From Thermoanaerobaculia bacterium (GTDB lineage: Bacteria; Acidobacteriota; Thermoanaerobaculia; Multivoradales; UBA5704): a DNA stretch of 64,000 nt. A model generated the notes under the pieces. The model was not told the DNA's origin. It worked only from the letters and a program-made list of their open reading frames with translations, and made no database searches. Location of the stretch: the NCBI GenBank assembly GCA_035544875.1, contig DASZZP010000038.1:192185-256184 (forward strand). The letters run 5' to 3'. Positions 1 through 7,900 of this stretch are shown piece after piece (the first letter of the stretch is position 1; each line of letters begins with the position of its first letter). Made by a program: the position numbers and the translations under genes.

Positions 1-509
1 GGCACCGGACGGACCGAGCGCCAGTGCAAGATGAAGCGGTCGCGCAGCAGCCGCGACACTCCGGCGTCGGGATAGAGGACGGTGCGGAAGAAGCGGCTGT
101 TGGCGCAGCTCATCTCCTCGTCGAGGCGGCCGAGCAGGCGCAGCGACAGGATCGGCTTGCCGCTCGCCAGCGCCGCCGCCTTCGCCAGCCCGAAATCCGT
201 GTACCAGTACAGTCGCGAGGCGGCGCAGTCGCGCTGCGCGCACACCGCGTCGAGCGCCCGCCGCCAGCGCGCCTCTTCGGCCGCCCGCTCTGCCGGCGCT
301 CCCGGCCGCGCGGCCAGCAGCGCCTCCATGCCCGGCGGTCCGGCCGCTCTGAGCGCGGCGACCGCGGCGCGCGAGACTTCGGGACCGCCGCGCAGCGCCT
401 GATCGGCCAGCGCCCCGAGAGCGAGTCCGCCGGTCGCACCCTCCAGCCGCGGCGCGCGCCATGCGGAGCGCAGGGAGAGCAGCAGGACGATACCCAGAAC
501 GAAGTTTCT
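1..509 (-). CDS. Secreted thioredoxin-fold-like protein (CxxS variant), 5' part only; gene runs off the window start
   Basis: Minus-strand translation from ATG at 509..507 gives MNRQRNFVLGIVLLLSLRSAWRAP (signal peptide), then ...AKAAALASGKPILSLRLLGRLDEEMSCANSRFF, which resembles the thioredoxin/DUF255 pattern with CxxS. An AAAGGGG Shine-Dalgarno sits upstream. The ORF track shows only shadow ORFs here. Confidence 0.4.
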
Positions 510-832
510 TTGCCGATTCATGTCGTGCCCCTTTCTCATCGGGCGCCAGAGCGCAGCGGCCGCGCCGGCGGCGCAAGCCTTCGAGAAACGACCACCCGCT
601 GACGGGTTCCGCGAACCACGGCGCTCCGCTCTACCACCGCCCGTCCCCCGACAACCGAGTTGCGTCGCTCGGGCCGCTCATTGCGACGGCGACCAGCAAC
701 CAGAGTAGGCCGGCCGAAGGGGGCTTGCGGTAACCGTTCTGTAACGTCGTGGGCCGGCTCGCCCGGCGGACCAGGCCCGTCCGGTTAAACTGATCGGGAA
801 CTGCGGGGAGAGCCCGCCCTGGGAGGTGAGAG

Positions 833-1525
833 GTGCAGCGCAGGGTCGTGCTGGTGATCGAGGACGACCTGCCGATCCGGCGCGGCGTCGCCGATGCGCT
901 GCGCCATGCCGGCCATGAGTGCCTCGAAGCCGGCGACGGCGCCGGCGGGCTGAGGCTCGCCATCGAGCGCGAGCTCAGCCTGGTCCTGCTCGATCTCGTG
1001 CTGCCGTTGCGCGGCGGCCTCGAGGTGCTGGCCGAGCTGCGGCGGGCCAAGCCCGGCCTGCCGGTGATTCTCCTCACCGCGCTCGGCAGCGAGGAGGAGC
1101 GGGTGCGCGGTCTGCGCCTGGGCGCCGACGACTACGTGGTCAAACCGTTCAGCGTGCGCGAGCTGCTGGCGCGTGTCGAGGCGGTGCTGCGGCGCTCCGT
1201 GGAACGCACGGAGGGCGTGGATTCGATCCGCCTGGCCGACGGCGAGGTCGATCTGCTGCGCCAGGAGGTGCGCTTCGACGACGGCTGCCGCCAGAGCTTG
1301 ACCGAGCTCGAGGCCCGTCTGCTGCGCTATCTCGCCTCGTGCCCCGACCGCCTGCTGTCGCGCGGCGAGCTACTGCTGCGCGTCTGGCAGGTCGATGCCC
1401 GGCGCGTGCGCACGCGCTCGGTCGACATGACGATCGCCCGCCTGCGCCGCAAGCTGCGCGACGATGGCAATCCCGGGCGGGTCATCGAGACGGCCCGCGG
1501 CAAGGGCTACCGGCTGAAGATATGA
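833..1525 (+). CDS. OmpR-family two-component response regulator (REC + winged-helix)
   Basis: VLVIEDDLPIRRGVADAL...LLDLVLP...DDYVVKPFSVRELLARVEAVLRR...GKGYRL. GTG start with GGGAGG RBS. Stop overlaps the kinase start (ATGA at 1522-1525). Confidence 0.9.
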   Translation: MQRRVVLVIEDDLPIRRGVADALRHAGHECLEAGDGAGGLRLAIERELSLVLLDLVLPLRGGLEVLAELRRAKPGLPVILLTALGSEEERVRGLRLGADDYVVKPFSVRELLARVEAVLRRSVERTEGVDSIRLADGEVDLLRQEVRFDDGCRQSLTELEARLLRYLASCPDRLLSRGELLLRVWQVDARRVRTRSVDMTIARLRRKLRDDGNPGRVIETARGKGYRLKI

Positions 1526-3792
1526 CGCGCCCGGGTGCGCTCGTCGGCGGCTTCGCTCTGATCTGCGCCGCGCTGCTCGGGGCGCTGGCCTGGATCTCGC
1601 ACCTGGCGCTCGAGCTCACCCGCGGCGAGGCCGACGCGCAGGTCCGTGCGGCGCGGGAGGAGAAGGTCCGCCTGGCGCTCTGGCGCATGGATTCACAGCT
1701 CGCGACCTACCTCGCGCAGCGCAACGCGTTGCCGGTGGCGAATCCCTGGCTGGCGGCGGGGAGCGCCGCCGGCTCCTCTCCTGGCGGCGCCCGCGGCTCT
1801 CCTGGCTTCTCGGGCCCTCCCGGCCTCTCTGGCCCCCCTGGCCTCGACGCCGCGGCGCGGGTCTCGCCCTTTCGCGAGATCCAGTTCGAGATCGATCCGG
1901 CCGGGCACCGCCGAACCGCCCCACCCGGACCGTTGCCGCCGCAGGCCAGCGACGACCCCCAGGTGGCGCGCGCCCTCGACCGCGACTCGCTGCTCGCCCT
2001 CCTGGCGCAGCAGCCCCTGGCCGCTCCCCCGCCCGCTCCGGCGGTGCCCATCACGACAATCACCGTGCGGCAGGCAGCCGGCGCACGCGGGGGTCGGCTG
2101 ACCGCGAAGGTCCAGGCGAGATCGGCCCCGGCGGCAGCTCCGCCGGCCACGGGGGTCCCGGCGCAGGCAGCCCCCCCGTCAACCCCACCTTCAGCGCCGT
2201 CGCCCGCACCGCCCCCGGCCCCGCGCGAGAACCCCGTGGTCCGCCAGGAAATGATCACCCAGTCGGCGCTCAACAGCGCCGAGTTCGAGCGCCGCAACGC
2301 CGCCGCGGCTAGCGCCCAGTCGCCGCTGCCGCTGCCCTCGGCGAACCCGCCCGCGCCGGCAGTTCCCCCTGCCGCAGAGGCAGCGGGCGCGGCTCGAGGT
2401 CCGTCCGCCGCCAAGGTTGAGGCGCGGGCAGCCCGTCCGGCCGCAGGGGTCGAGGCGCGGGCGACTCCGCCGGCTACTCCGCCGGCCGCACCGCACCCGG
2501 CAGCGCGCGACGACCCCATGGGCCGCCAGGAGGTGCTCACCCAGCCGGCGCTCAACCGCACCGAGCTCGAGCAGCGCAACGCGGCGGCGGCCAGTGCGCA
2601 GTCGCCGCCGCCGGCGCCGCCCCTGCCGCTGCCGCACTCGAGCCGCGCCGCCCCGCGGCCAGGACCGCCGGTGCGCCAACCCCAGCCGCCGGGCGAGACC
2701 CGGGTCGAGACGCCGCTCCTGCCAGTCTGGGTTGGCGGCGACCTGGTGCTCGCCCGGCGCGTGGTCAAGGACGGCACCGAGCATCTGCAGGGGAGCTGGG
2801 TCGAGGGGGCGGGCCTGCGCCGCTGGCTGCTCGCCATGATCGCCGACCTGCTGCCGGCGGCGAGCCTCGAGCCGCGGCACGCCGGCGAGCCGGCCGAACC
2901 CGGCCGCCAGCTCGCCCTGCTGCCGCTTCGCCTGGCGCCCGGACCCCTGCCGGCGGCACCGCGGGAAGGCTGGTCGCCGGCGCGCCTGGGCCTCGCCGTC
3001 GCCTTCCTGACCGCTCTCCTGCTGGTCGCCGCGGCGGCCGGCCTGCTGGCGGCGAGCCTGCGGCTGAGCCGGCGGCGCTCCGACTTCGCCTCCGCGGTGA
3101 CGCACGAGCTGCGCACTCCGCTCACCACCTTTCGGCTCTATACCGACATGCTCGCCGGCGGCATGCTGCCACCCCAGGCAGCGGCCGACTATCTCGCCAC
3201 CCTGCGCGACGAGGCCGGCCGCCTCGGCCACCTGGTCGAGAACGTGCTCTCCTTTGCCCGGCTCGAAGCGCACGGCCCGCGGGCCGCCGCCGGCGAGGCA
3301 ATGACTCTCGGCCTGCTGCTCGACGAGCTCGCGCCGCGCCTCGCCGAGCGCGCCCAGCGCGGCGGCCTCGCGCTCGAGCTGAGCTTCGATCCGGAGGCCG
3401 GCGCCGCCCGGGTGCTCGCCGACCGGGTCGGGGTCGAGCGCATCCTGATGAATCTCGTCGATAATGCTTGCAAGTATGGCAAGTACGCCGGCGCCGAGCC
3501 GGCGCGGCGCCACTTGCGCCTCGCGGGGCGCCTCGACGGCCGGGGCCGGCATGCCGTCGTGCGTCTGCGCGACCAGGGGCCTGGGATCCCGGCGCGCCAG
3601 CGGCGGCGGCTTTTCCGCCCGTTCCACCGCTCGGCGCGGCAGGCCGCGGCAGGCGGCGCCCCCGGCATCGGTCTCGGCCTGGCCCTCTCGCGTCGCCTGG
3701 CGCGCGCCGGCGGCGGCGACCTGTGCTATGCCGACCCCGGCCCCGGGGCCGGCGCCGCCTTCGATCTATGGCTGCCGCTCGCCCGGCAATGA
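1522..3792 (+). CDS. Sensor histidine kinase (HisKA + HATPase_c) with internally duplicated Pro/Ala-rich periplasmic region
   Basis: H-box SAVTHELRTPLTTFRLYTDML and N/G boxes RILMNLVDNACKYG...DQGPGIP...GIGLGLALSRRLARAGGGDL. Two TM segments. Same frame as track ORF 919..3792, but the plausible start is the ATG overlapping the response-regulator stop. Confidence 0.85.
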   Translation: MTRPGALVGGFALICAALLGALAWISHLALELTRGEADAQVRAAREEKVRLALWRMDSQLATYLAQRNALPVANPWLAAGSAAGSSPGGARGSPGFSGPPGLSGPPGLDAAARVSPFREIQFEIDPAGHRRTAPPGPLPPQASDDPQVARALDRDSLLALLAQQPLAAPPPAPAVPITTITVRQAAGARGGRLTAKVQARSAPAAAPPATGVPAQAAPPSTPPSAPSPAPPPAPRENPVVRQEMITQSALNSAEFERRNAAAASAQSPLPLPSANPPAPAVPPAAEAAGAARGPSAAKVEARAARPAAGVEARATPPATPPAAPHPAARDDPMGRQEVLTQPALNRTELEQRNAAAASAQSPPPAPPLPLPHSSRAAPRPGPPVRQPQPPGETRVETPLLPVWVGGDLVLARRVVKDGTEHLQGSWVEGAGLRRWLLAMIADLLPAASLEPRHAGEPAEPGRQLALLPLRLAPGPLPAAPREGWSPARLGLAVAFLTALLLVAAAAGLLAASLRLSRRRSDFASAVTHELRTPLTTFRLYTDMLAGGMLPPQAAADYLATLRDEAGRLGHLVENVLSFARLEAHGPRAAAGEAMTLGLLLDELAPRLAERAQRGGLALELSFDPEAGAARVLADRVGVERILMNLVDNACKYGKYAGAEPARRHLRLAGRLDGRGRHAVVRLRDQGPGIPARQRRRLFRPFHRSARQAAAGGAPGIGLGLALSRRLARAGGGDLCYADPGPGAGAAFDLWLPLARQ

Positions 3793-3829
3793 CCGGCGGC
3801 TAGCGCAGCGGCCCAGGAGGTCAGTGAGA

Positions 3830-4210
3830 ATGGCTGAGAAAATGGCTGAGAACGAGGAGTGGTTCCGCCACCTGGCGCATCTCTTCCGCGAAGCGGTCGG
3901 CGTTCGGGCCGTTTTCGGGGAGCCGGTGTCGGCGCATGGCAGGACGGTCATCCCGGTGGCGCGGATCGCCTTCGGCGGCGGCGGCGGCACCGGTCCGAGC
4001 GGCGCGCGGAGCGTGGCCGGCGCGGCCGACAAGAGTTCACGCCCCGGAGCCTACGGCGGCGGTGGCGGCGTCGTCGCCGCGCCGGTCGGCTTTCTCGAGA
4101 TCGACGGCGAGTGCACGCGCTTCGTCCGCTTCGACGAAGGCAAGCGGCTGCTGGCTGCCCTGGCTGCCGGCTTCGGGCTCGCCCTCTTGCTGACCCGCCG
4201 CAGAAGCTGA
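3830..4210 (+). CDS. GerW/YtfJ-family (sporulation-protein-YtfJ-like) small protein
   Basis: GEPVSAHGRTVIPVARIAFGGGGG...GGGGGVVAAPVGFLEIDG pattern typical of Spore_YtfJ/GerW. GGAGG RBS 10 nt upstream of ATG 3830. Confidence 0.55.
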   Translation: MAEKMAENEEWFRHLAHLFREAVGVRAVFGEPVSAHGRTVIPVARIAFGGGGGTGPSGARSVAGAADKSSRPGAYGGGGGVVAAPVGFLEIDGECTRFVRFDEGKRLLAALAAGFGLALLLTRRRS

Positions 4211-4293
4211 GCGGCAGGCCGCCCCATCTGCCGCCCTCGCCCCGCGCGCCTGCGGCCTCGGCTTGCCACCGGGCACCGCGGGCCGCCGGGCCA

Positions 4294-5691
4294 TCACGGA
4301 CTGGAGTGGCCGGCAGCGCAGCCGCTGTCGAGGCGGAAGGCGTCAAGCGCGACGGCGAAGTGACCGTGCGACGACTGCACGGCGACCACCCACGCTTGCG
4401 CCGCCAGCGGATCGATCGGCGGGTTCGGGGGGCTTCCCGGAACTGTCGGCGCGTTGAGATCGAGGTACAGCCAGCCGAAATTGAACGGCACCGGGAATTG
4501 CGCACTGTTCACGTGAACGCGCTGCGTCGCCGCCGGGAACGGCAGCAGATCCGAACCCGCTGGCGGCTCGGGAATCCTTATTACCTCCGAAGTGAACGGG
4601 TGTTCCTGCTCGTCGAAGAGCACGATGTTTTCCTGCGGCCGCGGATACCAGGCCGGATTGGCGATGCCCGCGGGACAGGGAAAGGCACCCTGCGCCACCT
4701 TCGGATCGCGCCAGACGATCAGGTCCGTGCCCCCCTCGAAGGCACCGCCGTTAGAGAACTGCGCCGCGAAGAGGGTCGCCAGCGGCTCGCGGTGGTCGGC
4801 GGCGCTCCAGCCGTCGTAGCGGCCATAGAAGCTGTAGCGCCCGGCGATCGAGGTGGCTGGATCGGCGCCGTCGGCCTCGATCGCCGCCAGGTCCGAGCCC
4901 TGCGCAAAGTTGTGCGCGGCGTCGACGATGGTCCATGCTCCCCAGAGCACGTTCTGATCGGTGAGGTCGCCGCCCGGCCCAAGGTAGCCCGGCTCTCCCG
5001 GAAAGCGCGGCGTGCACTTGCCCACCGTGTCCACGGTGATGTAGCCGCGGGCGACGTTGTCGCCGAGCGCCTGGCCCGCGCATCGGTTGCCCAGCAACGG
5101 CGATGGCTTGCCGGTGAGAGCGCTCTGCAGGTGCGCGAGAGCCGCCGGCGCGAGCGGAGGAGGGGGAAGCTGTCCCTGACAGCCGGGAAAGGCGACATCC
5201 TGCGAGAGTCTGCCCCGCGGGCTGATGGTGTCGTTGGGGTCCTCCGCGGCGTCGGCGGTCTGCGGCAGACGGCCGTAGAAGAGGATGTCGCGCAGGTTGA
5301 TCGTCTGCACGTCGTAGCCGGTCAGATAGACGTCGAAGTTGAATAGCGGCACCGCGAGATCGGACCAGATCACCGCATGGGCGAGGACCGCCGCCGCGGC
5401 AGAGTTGTTGATCGAGAAGAGCGTCGTCAGGCCGTTGGGGTCGTCGAGATTGACCTCGAAATAGGGCAACAGGAGCGTCGCCGCGGGGACCGTGTCCATC
5501 GTACAGATCTTGGCCTCGGCACGGCCACCGGCTGCCAGCGCACAGCCGCAGAGGAGAACGGTGGCCGCGGCTCCTGCCGCCGCGCGCCGCCCTGCTCTCG
5601 AGCCCGCCTCCTCCACCCTCGCCTCCCCCATCCTCGGTTCCGCCGCTGGCCCGCGGCCGGCGGGGAGAATGCTCCCGGCAGCTCGATGCAT
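4294..5691 (-). CDS. Secreted hypothetical protein (signal peptide), function unknown
   Basis: Long minus-strand ORF. First ATG (5691) has an AGGAGGA RBS; the track's 5715 start is a TTG. N-terminus RRAAAGAAATVLLCGCALAAG looks like a signal peptide. No recognisable catalytic motif. Confidence 0.5.
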   Translation of the reverse strand: MHRAAGSILPAGRGPAAEPRMGEARVEEAGSRAGRRAAAGAAATVLLCGCALAAGGRAEAKICTMDTVPAATLLLPYFEVNLDDPNGLTTLFSINNSAAAAVLAHAVIWSDLAVPLFNFDVYLTGYDVQTINLRDILFYGRLPQTADAAEDPNDTISPRGRLSQDVAFPGCQGQLPPPPLAPAALAHLQSALTGKPSPLLGNRCAGQALGDNVARGYITVDTVGKCTPRFPGEPGYLGPGGDLTDQNVLWGAWTIVDAAHNFAQGSDLAAIEADGADPATSIAGRYSFYGRYDGWSAADHREPLATLFAAQFSNGGAFEGGTDLIVWRDPKVAQGAFPCPAGIANPAWYPRPQENIVLFDEQEHPFTSEVIRIPEPPAGSDLLPFPAATQRVHVNSAQFPVPFNFGWLYLDLNAPTVPGSPPNPPIDPLAAQAWVVAVQSSHGHFAVALDAFRLDSGCAAGHSSP

Positions 5692-5869
5692 CGCTTCCTC
5701 CTGCGATCGGGACAAGTAGTGACGGCGGATATGCTATAAAGCCATCCAATCTATGTCAATACGCCGTCGCGGCGCCGCGCTGCCCCCGCCGCCGACGCCA
5801 CCGGCGCTACTTGTGAAGCCGTGCTTTCCGGCATAAGTTGAAGCTGTTCTCGCTCGAGGAAGCCCGGCA

Positions 5870-7039
5870 ATGGTGGATTTTTCGACCGTCAGCCTGCTGA
5901 TCCAGTGGGTCGGCATCCTGGTCATCCTGGGTTTGCTGCTCTTCCTGACCCAGTCGATCCGGCGCCCTTCGCTCGACTACTGGGCCGCGGCCTGGTGTTG
6001 CCTGGCGCTCGCGCTCGCCGCGCTGTACGTCGATGTGGAGTTCCAGCCGCAGTCCCATCTCCTGCGCGTCCCCTATTTCCTCGGCGAGTACGGCTTTGGC
6101 TTCCTGCTGGTCGCCGGCTGCCGCAACTTCGCCTCCGGGCCGGTTTTGACCTGGCGGTCCTTGCGATGGGTGCCGGCCGGCCTGGCCGCGGCGCTCCTGC
6201 TCATCTGGCTGACGCCCGATCTCAACGTCGAGTTCGCCATCCACGCGCCGATCGTGGCCGCCCTCTGCGTTGCCGCCTTCGCCGCCCTGCGCCCGGCGCG
6301 CCGCCTGCAGCGCGGCCCCGGCTTCACCGTCATGTCGGCGGGGCTCCTCCTGCTGGCGATCGACCTCGCCCACAACACGCCGGTGTTCCTGCTCGCGACC
6401 TATCTTGGCAGGACGCGGCGTTTCGCCTATCTGAATTACACCTCGGTCGTCGACCTGATCTTCGAGACCGTCCTCGGTTTCGGCATGGTCATGCTCACCA
6501 TGGAAAGCTTGCGCCAGCAGTCCGAGCAGGCCAACCGCGAGCTGCAGGACGCGCTTGGGCGCCTGGAGGTCCTCGCCAGGACCGATCCCCTGACCAGCGC
6601 CCTCAACCGCCACGCCTACCACAGCTTGCTGGGCAGCCACGATCCGGCGGATCTCGCCGGCAGCGTCGCCGTGGTCGACGTCAATGAGCTCAAGCAGATC
6701 AACGACCGCGACGGGCACCTGGCCGGCGACGTCGCGATCCGTCAGGTCGCGACCGCGATCCGCTCGGTGATCCGCGCCGACGACCTGCTCTTCCGCTGGG
6801 GTGGGGACGAGTTCCTGGTGGTCTTGCGGAGCCTCGACCCCGAGGAGACTCGCCGCCGCTTCGAGTCCGTCAACGCCATCCTCGCCGACTCCCGCCAGCG
6901 GCCCGCCGCGGCTGAGCAGCTCCCGCTCTCGGTCTCCTTCGGCATCGCCCCCTTCGGCGCCGGCGCGACGATCGAGCAGGCCGCCGAAAAGGCCGACAGC
7001 CTGATGTACCTGCGCAAGCGCGGCTCCGGGGAGCGCTGA
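5870..7039 (+). CDS. Membrane-anchored diguanylate cyclase (GGDEF domain)
   Basis: About 6 N-terminal TM helices, then ...VDVNELKQINDRDGHLAGD...RWGGDEFLVVL (GGDEF motif). GAGGA RBS before ATG 5870. Confidence 0.85.
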   Translation: MVDFSTVSLLIQWVGILVILGLLLFLTQSIRRPSLDYWAAAWCCLALALAALYVDVEFQPQSHLLRVPYFLGEYGFGFLLVAGCRNFASGPVLTWRSLRWVPAGLAAALLLIWLTPDLNVEFAIHAPIVAALCVAAFAALRPARRLQRGPGFTVMSAGLLLLAIDLAHNTPVFLLATYLGRTRRFAYLNYTSVVDLIFETVLGFGMVMLTMESLRQQSEQANRELQDALGRLEVLARTDPLTSALNRHAYHSLLGSHDPADLAGSVAVVDVNELKQINDRDGHLAGDVAIRQVATAIRSVIRADDLLFRWGGDEFLVVLRSLDPEETRRRFESVNAILADSRQRPAAAEQLPLSVSFGIAPFGAGATIEQAAEKADSLMYLRKRGSGER

Positions 7040-7044
7040 GGACC

Positions 7045-7130
7045 GACCTCCGGGAAGTGCCGCACGGCCACCACCGGCCGTGCGGCCGACCTCCGGGAAG
7101 TGCCGCACGTCCATAGCCGGACGTGCGGCC
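7045..7130. repeat. Tandem pair of 43-nt REP-like palindromic elements (first locus)
   Basis: Two units gacctccgggaagtgccgcacgNccaNNNccggNcgtgcggcc, each with an 11-bp perfect hairpin stem (gccgcacgNcc / ggNcgtgcggc). They lie between the convergent ends of the GGDEF and HAD genes. A near-identical pair recurs at 48630..48715. Confidence 0.7.
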
Positions 7131-7230
7131 GCGGCGGCGTCAGCCCGCGGGCGCACAGCTAGCCCAGCCAGTTCCCCTTCGGTCAAATTGCGGAGCGGTC
7201 AGTCCGCAGCGTGGTCAGATCGCGAGGCAG

Positions 7231-7875
7231 TCAGCCCGCGGCGCGGTCGACAAGATCGGCGAGCGCCAGCAGATCGCGGACCCGGTGGTCGGCGGGACCC
7301 GGGCGCGCGTGCGGGCGCTCGACGAAGACGGTCGTGAGGCCGAGACGGCGCGCCGCCTCGAGGTCGTAGTCGGTATAGGCCGAGACGTGCCACCAGGCGG
7401 CGGACAGCTGCTCGCCGATCCGCTCCGCGGTGCGGCGCCAGAAACGCTCGTCGGGCTTGTAGAGCCGCAGCTCCTCGGCGCATACCCAGGCGCTCAGCCG
7501 GACCCCGAGCTGAGCCTCCACTTCCTCCCGGTTCACCCGATCGCTGTTGGTCGTGGCCACGCAGGCGGCCTTGCCCAGCAGCCGGCGCAGCGCCGCCGCA
7601 GAGTCGGGAAAGAGCGGCCAGTGGCCGAGGCCGGCGGCGATCTCCTCCGCCGCCGCGCGCGGCAGTCCCACCACCGCCTCCAGGCTGCGCGCCGTGATCT
7701 CGCGATAGCTCAGGTACGCCCGCCCCTCCTCGGCGCCCTGGGCATCGACGATGCGGTCGAAGGTCGACTCGTCCACGTCGGCCCCTTGGCGCGCCAGCGC
7801 CGACAGCAGCCCGCGCCGCCAGTCGACCACCGTGCCGAAGATGTCGAACGAGAGCACTCTCGGCTGCGCGGTCAT
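7231..7875 (-). CDS. HAD-superfamily hydrolase (haloacid dehalogenase-like, subfamily IA)
   Basis: MTAQPRVLSFDIFGTVVDW (DxDxT-type motif I variant) ...VATTNSD...LYKPDERFW. The first ATG is at 7875; the track start 7893 is a TTG. Confidence 0.7.
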   Translation of the reverse strand: MTAQPRVLSFDIFGTVVDWRRGLLSALARQGADVDESTFDRIVDAQGAEEGRAYLSYREITARSLEAVVGLPRAAAEEIAAGLGHWPLFPDSAAALRRLLGKAACVATTNSDRVNREEVEAQLGVRLSAWVCAEELRLYKPDERFWRRTAERIGEQLSAAWWHVSAYTDYDLEAARRLGLTTVFVERPHARPGPADHRVRDLLALADLVDRAAG

Positions 7876-7900
7876 TTCCGGCCCCACCGGCAATACGCTT

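Noticed and set aside
919-1521. N-terminal 200 aa of track ORF 919..3792 (Arg-rich MPRSRRRRRRAEARH...)
   Set aside because: It overlaps the response-regulator gene in another frame and has no motifs. The kinase begins at the ATG that overlaps the regulator stop (1522).
1707-3627. Long minus-strand ORFs 1707..3128 and 2191..3627, antisense to the kinase
   Set aside because: Typical GC-rich shadow ORFs. Arg/Ala/Gly-rich with no domain signatures. The opposite strand carries a kinase with complete motifs.
3859-5346. Plus-strand 495-aa ORF overlapping the secreted-protein gene
   Set aside because: Arg-rich low-complexity translation on the antisense strand of a better-supported gene. No RBS or motif.
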